The translations under genes were made by a program, and so were the position numbers. From Lachnospiraceae bacterium (GTDB taxonomy: Bacteria > Bacillota > Clostridia > Lachnospirales > Lachnospiraceae), in the NCBI GenBank assembly GCA_029063085.1, contig JAIDOW010000068.1, positions 1-32,000 on the forward strand: a DNA stretch of 32,000 bases, written 5' to 3'. Below the pieces are notes generated by a model, which was not told the origin of the DNA, did not search any database, and saw only the letters and a program-made list of their open reading frames with translations. Positions 26,690 to 32,000 of the stretch are shown here, one piece after another (position 1 is the stretch's first letter; each line of letters begins with the position of its first letter).

Positions 26690-27245
26690 AGAAGACCGCT
26701 TTATGGATGTGCATAACTGGCTATGAGATCCCCCTCTGTAACTGCCAAGTATAAGAATGGTTTCATCAAAAATATTGCTTATCTGCGTACACTGGAAATT
26801 TCCATTGAAGATATCCGTAATATCATGTCTAATAAAGTGTCTTTGACAGAAATTATAGAAAAGCAGACTGCAACAATTCAAACACAAATCGAGGGCTTAA
26901 ACAAAGCAAAAACCATGTGCGAAAGAATGCTTGAATCTGAAAATATCAGCTTTGATGAATTACAAGTTGAAAAATATATAGCAGATTTGGAAACTTATTG
27001 GAATGATAATAAACCTATTTTCAAACTGGATTCCGTCAGCTTCTTATATATGGGGCAGCCTTATTACATGGACAATCATTACATTACTATGCTTAATAGT
27101 TGGCATTTTATCATATACAAAATTGCCATCTGAAATTCCTGTTCAGTGGAATAATGGAATCGCAACCGTAAAGCAATCATCATATTTTTCCTTATTCCAT
27201 TACTATCACTTTTTAAGCTATGCGGAATACATAAAAATAGCCTAA
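26690..27245 (+). pseudogene. Decayed MerR-family regulator fused to a DUF1648/SdpI-like membrane module
   Basis: Fragments lie in three frames. They are AKLLSSVNSPKTEDRF (degenerate HTH), KNGF-IKNIAYLRTLEISIEDIRNIM...LNKAKTMCERMLE (MerR dimerisation helix, with the expected YR.Y..ED segment missing), and after another frameshift a TM plus LPSEIPVQWNNG (DUF1648 signature), then premature truncation. Confidence 0.5.
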
Positions 27246-27296
27246 AATCTTTGAGAATATCCGACAGCGTTGATTTCAATATATATACAAAGAAAA

Positions 27297-27325
27297 AGAA
27301 GGGGACTAGCCCTTCTTCTCTTTTT
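27297..27325. terminator. Bidirectional terminator overlapping the XRE gene stop
   Basis: A 7-bp stem AGAAGGG/CCCTTCT with a 6-nt loop that contains the XRE TAG. The plus side has TCTCTTTTT and the minus side has TTTTTCTTT. Confidence 0.6.
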
Positions 27326-27692
27326 GTAAAGTATTTAATAATTCCTGACTGAAATTTAGAATGGTATCTTGTGATTTATTATCAAGCTGTTGATATACTT
27401 TTGCAATTCCTAAAATAATATCATAAAGTGGATTATTTTCTTTTATTAATAGGTCAGAAACAATCATGGCGGTTTCATCTTCCGGTATCTTATACATTTC
27501 ACCTTTGCCATTTCTAAGCCATTCTTCATTAATGGAAAATTCTCGGCAAATATCAGATATTGTTCTATCTGAAATGTTCTTTTTATTTGTTTCAACTTGA
27601 TTTATAAAGTTTCTTGATAATCCAATTTTATTTGCAAATTGTTCTTGACTTAATTTGTTTTCTTTTCTTATTTGGATAATTCTACTAACCAT
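27306..27692 (-). CDS. XRE-family helix-turn-helix transcriptional regulator
   Basis: The HTH is LSQEQFANKIGLSRNFINQVETNKKNISDRTISDICREF, followed by a ~60-aa C-terminal domain. The SD is AGGAGG. Confidence 0.85.
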   Translation of the reverse strand: MVSRIIQIRKENKLSQEQFANKIGLSRNFINQVETNKKNISDRTISDICREFSINEEWLRNGKGEMYKIPEDETAMIVSDLLIKENNPLYDIILGIAKVYQQLDNKSQDTILNFSQELLNTLQKEKKG

Positions 27693-27715
27693 ATTTAATA
27701 CCTCCTAATAAATGG

Positions 27716-27744
27716 ATTATATAACAAAAAAGTTTACAAGTCAA
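27716..27744 (-). promoter_or_regulatory. Promoter of the XRE gene
   Basis: Minus-sense TTGACT (27744-27739), a 17-nt spacer, then TATAAT (27721-27716). Confidence 0.6.
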
Positions 27745-27754
27745 CAAAGTTGCG

Positions 27755-27783
27755 TTGACAATAGTTTTCTTGTGTGCTATTAT
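27755..27783 (+). promoter_or_regulatory. Divergent promoter for the 48-codon ORF
   Basis: TTGACA (27755-27760), a 17-nt spacer, then TATTAT (27778-27783) with an upstream TG. The direct repeat GTTTACAAG at 27732-27740 and 27786-27794 gives candidate operator half-sites. Confidence 0.6.
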
Positions 27784-27817
27784 ATGTTTACAAGGAAACA
27801 GAAAGGCGGTGTAAATT

Positions 27818-27964
27818 ATGACAGAACCTGAAAAAAAAGATGTATCTGAAATTCTACAAATTTTAATTCAATTAGATAAAGAAAGTTTGCTTTTAATTGA
27901 TAGTGGTATTAGATTATTGGCAAAAAGACAGAATCTGGAAACAGAAAAAAATGAGGATAGGTGA
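27818..27964 (+). CDS. Hypothetical 48-aa protein divergent from the XRE regulator
   Basis: The ATG is preceded by AAAGGCGG. The product is MTEPEKKDVSEILQILIQLDKESLLLIDSGIRLLAKRQNLETEKNEDR. It is below the ORF-track cutoff and was read by hand. No family was recognised. Confidence 0.4.
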   Translation: MTEPEKKDVSEILQILIQLDKESLLLIDSGIRLLAKRQNLETEKNEDR

Positions 27965-28034
27965 TGGGATTGACCCAATCCGCCGCTTTGATCCCGGTAA
28001 CCTGACAGCCGATTCAAAAATTCTGCCCCATCTT

Positions 28035-28092
28035 ATAAAAATAAAATGCACGTTAATTCTACGATCAGAACAACGTGCACTTTCTTCTTTTC
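28035..28092. terminator. Bidirectional intrinsic terminator (end of the PTS/hydrolase operon and of the islet)
   Basis: An 8-bp stem TGCACGTT/AACGTGCA with a 17-nt loop. The minus-sense tail is TTTTATTTTTAT and the plus-sense tail is CTTTCTTCTTTT. Confidence 0.7.
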
Positions 28093-28152
28093 ATGCTTTT
28101 TTTTCCTTATGAGAAGAACAAAATCACACCGAAACGGTCGATTTGTATTTTA

Positions 28153-29802
28153 CTATTTTTCCAATACCAGCACCTCATATGGTCTTAATGTGATAAACTC
28201 TGAAGGTTCTCTTTTTGCTTCCTCACATCCATAATTTCCAAGAATTTTATGATAATCTCTCCATTCCTTCTGACTCTCTACGACTATCTCATTTTCTCCA
28301 AGATTATTTAGAACAATCAGCTCCTCTTCCCCTAAAGTTCTTCTGTATGCCAAAACGTCCGCATTCTCCTCCACAAAAAATTCTATCCTTCCCTTAGCAA
28401 TCACTTCTTTTTCCTTCCGCAGACGAATCAGTTTCTTATAAAATTCCAAAATGGAGTCCGCATCACAAAGCTCCCGTTTTACATTAATCTGCTGGTAATT
28501 ATCTGAAACAGAAATCCAAGGTTCTACATTCGAAAACCCAGCATAATTTGCATCCTCCCACTGCATTGGGGTCCTGCTGTTATCACGGGATCTGGCTGCC
28601 AAAATGTCCAGAGCCTCTTTCTCACTTTTTCCCTGTTCCGTTAAAATCCGATAATAATTCAGGCTTTCCACATCATGGTATTGTTCAATACACTCAAAAT
28701 GGGGATTGGTCATCCCGATTTCCTCACCTTGATAAATATATGGTGTTCCCCTCATCAAATGAACACAGGCCGCCAGCATTTTTGCAGACTCCTTCCAATA
28801 TTTCTTCTCATCTCCCAACCGGGAAACAATCCGCGGCTGATCGTGATTACACCAGAATACTGCATTCCACCCATCTGCTTCCTGCATACCCTCCTGCCAG
28901 GTTTGAAACAGCTTCTTTAAGGCATGTTTATCCGGTTCCATTAATTCCCATTTTTTTCCATCCTTGTAATCCACCTTTAGATGATGAAAATTAAAACACA
29001 TGGACAATTCTTTTTCCGATGGCTTGGAATAACGGATACAATTTTCTAAAGATGTGGAAGACATTTCTCCCACCGTCACCAGTTCTTCTATTCCTGTATC
29101 CCTCACCAGTTCTTTTAAAAATTCATGCACATGATGGCCGTCTGTATAAAAATGTCTGCCGTCTCCGGTCAGATCATCTTCAAATACCTCCGGCTTGGAA
29201 ATCAGATTTACTACATCAAAACGGAAACCTTTGACTCCTTTTCCCTTCCAGAAACGAATCACATTTTTTAACTCTTCACGAACCTCTGGATTTTCCCAAT
29301 TTAAATCTGCCTGTGTCACATCAAAGAGATGCAGATACCATTTTTGCAAATCCGGTATATACTCCCATGCCGGTCCCCCGAATTTAGACTGCCAGTTTGT
29401 AGGGATTTTATCCGGAGTTCCGTCTTTCAATATATAATAATCCTGATATTTTTCCTCTCCTGCCAGTGCTTTCTGGAACCATTCATGGCTTGTGGAAGTA
29501 TGGTTAAATACCATATCCAGCATAATCCCTATTCCTTTTTGTCCTGCTTTCTCTATTAATTCTTCCACATCTGACATCGTTCCGAATTCCGGTGCCACAC
29601 TAATATAGTCCGCTACATCATATCCGTTATCCTTTTGCGGCGAAATGAAAAATGGTGTAAGCCACAGGTAATCAATACCCAATCCCTCCAAATAATCCAG
29701 TTCATCAATAATGCCACGAATATCTCCCACGCCATCTCCATTAGAATCTTTAAAAGATTTCGGATAGATCTGATATATTACTTTATCTCTAAAATCTGCC
29801 AT
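28153..29802 (-). CDS. GH13 alpha-glucosidase of the oligo-1,6-glucosidase / trehalose-6-phosphate hydrolase (TreC/TreA) type
   Basis: DKVIYQIYPKSFKDSNGDGVGDIRGI, GFRFDVVNLI (nucleophile region), VGEM and FWCNHDQPR are present. The ATG at 29802 follows GGAGGG. The upstream extension to 29856 only translates the repeat. The phospho-sugar role is inferred from the PTS partner. Confidence 0.85.
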   Translation of the reverse strand: MADFRDKVIYQIYPKSFKDSNGDGVGDIRGIIDELDYLEGLGIDYLWLTPFFISPQKDNGYDVADYISVAPEFGTMSDVEELIEKAGQKGIGIMLDMVFNHTSTSHEWFQKALAGEEKYQDYYILKDGTPDKIPTNWQSKFGGPAWEYIPDLQKWYLHLFDVTQADLNWENPEVREELKNVIRFWKGKGVKGFRFDVVNLISKPEVFEDDLTGDGRHFYTDGHHVHEFLKELVRDTGIEELVTVGEMSSTSLENCIRYSKPSEKELSMCFNFHHLKVDYKDGKKWELMEPDKHALKKLFQTWQEGMQEADGWNAVFWCNHDQPRIVSRLGDEKKYWKESAKMLAACVHLMRGTPYIYQGEEIGMTNPHFECIEQYHDVESLNYYRILTEQGKSEKEALDILAARSRDNSRTPMQWEDANYAGFSNVEPWISVSDNYQQINVKRELCDADSILEFYKKLIRLRKEKEVIAKGRIEFFVEENADVLAYRRTLGEEELIVLNNLGENEIVVESQKEWRDYHKILGNYGCEEAKREPSEFITLRPYEVLVLEK

Positions 29803-29814
29803 TCCAATTCCCTC

Positions 29815-29896
29815 CATTTGCTGTGATAACCGCCAAATGTGTATGCATCCCCACACTCGGTTTGTTATTTACACAAATTGATTGCCTGTTTGCACG
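29815..29896. repeat. Intergenic repeat, type A copy 3 (fills the PTS-hydrolase spacer)
   Basis: CATTTGCTGTGATAACCGCCAAATGTGTATGCATCCCCACACTCGGTTTGTTATTTACACAAATTGATTGCCTGTTTGCAC aligns with copies 1 and 2. It lacks their gene-proximal ~25 nt. Confidence 0.75.
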
Positions 29897-29900
29897 TAAT

Positions 29901-31880
29901 CTATGATTCATAAGTTAATACAGTTGTTACCTTTTCTTCTGCATGGATTCCATCCTTAAACTGAATATTTTCTGCATTGCCTTCCTCTGTGATGATACAT
30001 ACCGTTACATCCCGCTTTCCAGCCTTTTTTATCTTTTCCCGGTCAAATTTAATCAGTGGTGTTCCGGTCTTTACCTGCTGACCCTCTTTTACCAGATACT
30101 CAAATCCTTCTCCCTGCATTTCCACAGTATCAATTCCTATATGAAGCAACATCTCCATTCCGTTTCCCATTGTCAGACCGCAGGCATGGCGGGAATCTGC
30201 CATTAAAACTGTCACCTTTGCATCTGCCGGTGCATATAACACATCACTTTCCGGAATGATCGCAAATCCATCTCCCATAACACCCTCTGAAAATACACCG
30301 TCATTTACTTCCTTTAATGAAATGACCTGACCTGTTAAAAATGCCTTTAAATCCTTCCCTGTTCCAGTTGCGTTCCCTTCTTGTCCCGTTACAGCCACAG
30401 CATCCTCTGTCATATCCATACCTGCTGCCGTATCGTCTGATTCTACAGCTGCTCCATTCTTTTCTTCAGAAGTGAGTTTTTTCTTTCCGATTATCAACGT
30501 AAGCCCCAGCGGAATCACTATTGCAATTACCATGCAGATGAAGAAGCTAAACATATACTTTGGCTGAATGGATAAAATACCCGGAATACCACCAACTCCA
30601 ATTGCGTTTGCAGTAGTCCCTGTTGCCACACAGACAACGGCAGCACATGCAGAACCAATCATTCCACATAAGAACGGGAATGTATATTTAAGATTCACGC
30701 CAAAGATAGCCGGTTCCGTAACACCCAGATAACAGGAAATGCAGGCAGGAACATTTACTTCCTGTGCCCTTGCATTTTTCTTTTGAAGTAAGATCATTCC
30801 AAATACAGCTGAACCCTGTGCGATATTAGATAATGCGATCATCGGCCACAGCATGGTTCCGCCATAATCTGCAATCAATTGTAGATCAATGGCATTGGAC
30901 ATATGATGAAGTCCTGTAATAACAAGGGGTGCATAGATAAAACCAAAAATGGCACCAAAAACAATTTTAAAGGAACCTGTAATTCCGGCATATACCACTG
31001 TAGAAATTGCTGAACCTATTTTCCAGCCAATTGGTCCGAGAATAAAATGTGCGGCAATAACGGCCAATACCAGACTACCAAATGGAACGACAATCATGGA
31101 AACCGCCTGTGGTGTGATCTTACGGAAAAACTTCTCCAGATATACCAGTGTAAATGCCGCCAGAATCGCAGGAATCACCTGTGCCTGATAACCGATCATA
31201 TTGATTTTAAAACTTCCAAAATCCCATACCGGAATATCTGCTGCTGCCGTTCCCGCCACTGCATACGCATTTAAAAGCTGTCCTGATACCAGCGTCAGAC
31301 CAAGAACGATTCCAAGCATTTGTGTGGTTCCCATCTTTTTTGTTACTGACCAGCAGATTCCTACCGGCAGCATATGAAATACAGCTTCACCGATCAGCCA
31401 TAAAAAACTGTCAATTCCGGCCCAGAGCTGACTGATATCACACAATGTCTTTGTTCCATTTTCAAAGAAATAAATACTGTCAATACAGTTACGGAATCCT
31501 AAAATCAAACCTCCGGTAATAATCGCCGGAATCAATGGTGCAAAAATTTCCGCTAATGCCGTTATGATTCTTTGTAAAACATTCTGGTTCTGCTTGGCTG
31601 CCTGTTTTACTGCATCTTTTGAAACTCCCTCAATCCCTGCCACAGATATAAAATCATTGTAAAAATCCGATACTGTATTACCGATAATAACCTGGAACTG
31701 TCCGGACTGTGTAAAGCTTCCCTTTACCACCTTCATTGACTCAATCTTTTCAATGTCAGCCTTTCCCGGGTCGTTCAACACAAAACGCATACGTGTCATA
31801 CAATGAGATACTGCTGCAATGTTTTCTTTTCCGCCCACAAGCTGAAGCAGTTCTTTTGAATCTTCAACATATTTACCCAT
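29901..31880 (-). CDS. PTS EIIBCA component, sucrose/trehalose/beta-glucoside subfamily (trehalose-type likely)
   Basis: The EIIB segment is AAVSHCMTRMRFVL...GQFQVIIG. A ~10-TM EIIC follows. The C-terminal EIIA-Glc has LLHIGIDTVEMQGEGF. The SD is GGGAGGAAG. Confidence 0.9.
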   Translation of the reverse strand: MGKYVEDSKELLQLVGGKENIAAVSHCMTRMRFVLNDPGKADIEKIESMKVVKGSFTQSGQFQVIIGNTVSDFYNDFISVAGIEGVSKDAVKQAAKQNQNVLQRIITALAEIFAPLIPAIITGGLILGFRNCIDSIYFFENGTKTLCDISQLWAGIDSFLWLIGEAVFHMLPVGICWSVTKKMGTTQMLGIVLGLTLVSGQLLNAYAVAGTAAADIPVWDFGSFKINMIGYQAQVIPAILAAFTLVYLEKFFRKITPQAVSMIVVPFGSLVLAVIAAHFILGPIGWKIGSAISTVVYAGITGSFKIVFGAIFGFIYAPLVITGLHHMSNAIDLQLIADYGGTMLWPMIALSNIAQGSAVFGMILLQKKNARAQEVNVPACISCYLGVTEPAIFGVNLKYTFPFLCGMIGSACAAVVCVATGTTANAIGVGGIPGILSIQPKYMFSFFICMVIAIVIPLGLTLIIGKKKLTSEEKNGAAVESDDTAAGMDMTEDAVAVTGQEGNATGTGKDLKAFLTGQVISLKEVNDGVFSEGVMGDGFAIIPESDVLYAPADAKVTVLMADSRHACGLTMGNGMEMLLHIGIDTVEMQGEGFEYLVKEGQQVKTGTPLIKFDREKIKKAGKRDVTVCIITEEGNAENIQFKDGIHAEEKVTTVLTYES

Positions 31881-31904
31881 AATACTTCCTCCCTTTCTTG
31901 TTTG

Positions 31905-31987
31905 CTTGTTTAAACAAGTTTCTATGCTTTATTTATACCATACTTGTTTAAACAAGTCAAGCGGTTTTTTCATCTTGTTCAAACAAG
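31905..31987. promoter_or_regulatory. Three copies of a 14-bp palindromic operator
   Basis: CTTGTTTAAACAAG occurs at 31905-31918 and 31943-31956 (both perfect palindromes). CTTGTTCAAACAAG occurs at 31974-31987. The three sit in the 5' UTR, inside the promoter spacer and upstream of the -35. Confidence 0.7.
31932..31960 (-). promoter_or_regulatory. Promoter of the PTS operon
   Basis: Minus-sense TTGACT (31960-31955), a 17-nt spacer, then TATAAA (31937-31932). The spacer is occupied by operator copy 2. Confidence 0.6.
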
Positions 31988-32000
31988 TAAGTGTTTTTCA

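Noticed and set aside
26636-26887. An 83-aa minus-strand ORF between the HipA-like locus and the XRE gene.
   Set aside because: It lies antisense to the recognisable MerR-like fragments, has no RBS and gives a Cys/Phe-rich nonsense translation.
27951-28112. A plus-strand ORF (MRIGDGIDPIRRFDPGNL...) overlaps the end of the 48-codon ORF.
   Set aside because: It reads straight through the bidirectional terminator hairpin and U-tract, has a weak RBS and shows no recognisable motif.
1-32000. I looked for CRISPR arrays, tRNA or rRNA genes, transposases or integrases, and group II intron or retron signatures.
   Set aside because: No regularly spaced short direct repeats, no cloverleaf-compatible segments (only a 3-bp T-arm-like fragment inside the B repeats), no rRNA-like conserved blocks, and no recombinase or reverse-transcriptase motifs were seen in any listed ORF.

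Overview
This is a low-GC Bacillota-type chromosomal segment, probably Clostridia or Lachnospiraceae-like (inferred from gene content, T-box use and gdpP-rplI-dnaB synteny). About 30 genes are present and almost all lie on the minus strand. In coordinate order the window holds: a decayed non-coding stretch (1-776); an ECF sigma/anti-sigma pair; dnaB, rplI and gdpP; a ParE/Phd-type toxin-antitoxin pair; a SAM methyltransferase and a DUF1934 gene; murI, ddl and a T-box-controlled metG; a long minus-strand operon (GH1 beta-glucosidase, a giant solute-binding lipoprotein, two CUT1-type ABC permeases, then an HlyD-like adaptor and a MacB-periplasmic-domain-only membrane protein); a plus-strand DUF885 gene; a small accessory islet; and a PTS EIIBCA plus GH13 phospho-alpha-glucosidase (trehalose-like) operon with a triple palindromic operator. 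The accessory islet holds a HipA-like kinase split by one in-frame TAG, a decayed MerR-DUF1648 gene, and an XRE repressor facing a divergent micro-ORF. No rRNA, tRNA, CRISPR array or transposase is visible. The main unexplained signal is a family of 80-150-nt non-coding repeats. Three close copies (type A), two longer copies (type B) and one diverged copy occupy six different intergenic spacers. Most share a hairpin followed by ATTTGGCGAC. Other points of interest are the split HipA-like locus and the ATPase-less adaptor/MacB-PCD pair welded to a sugar-importer operon. All domain calls come from motifs read by eye, with no database search.
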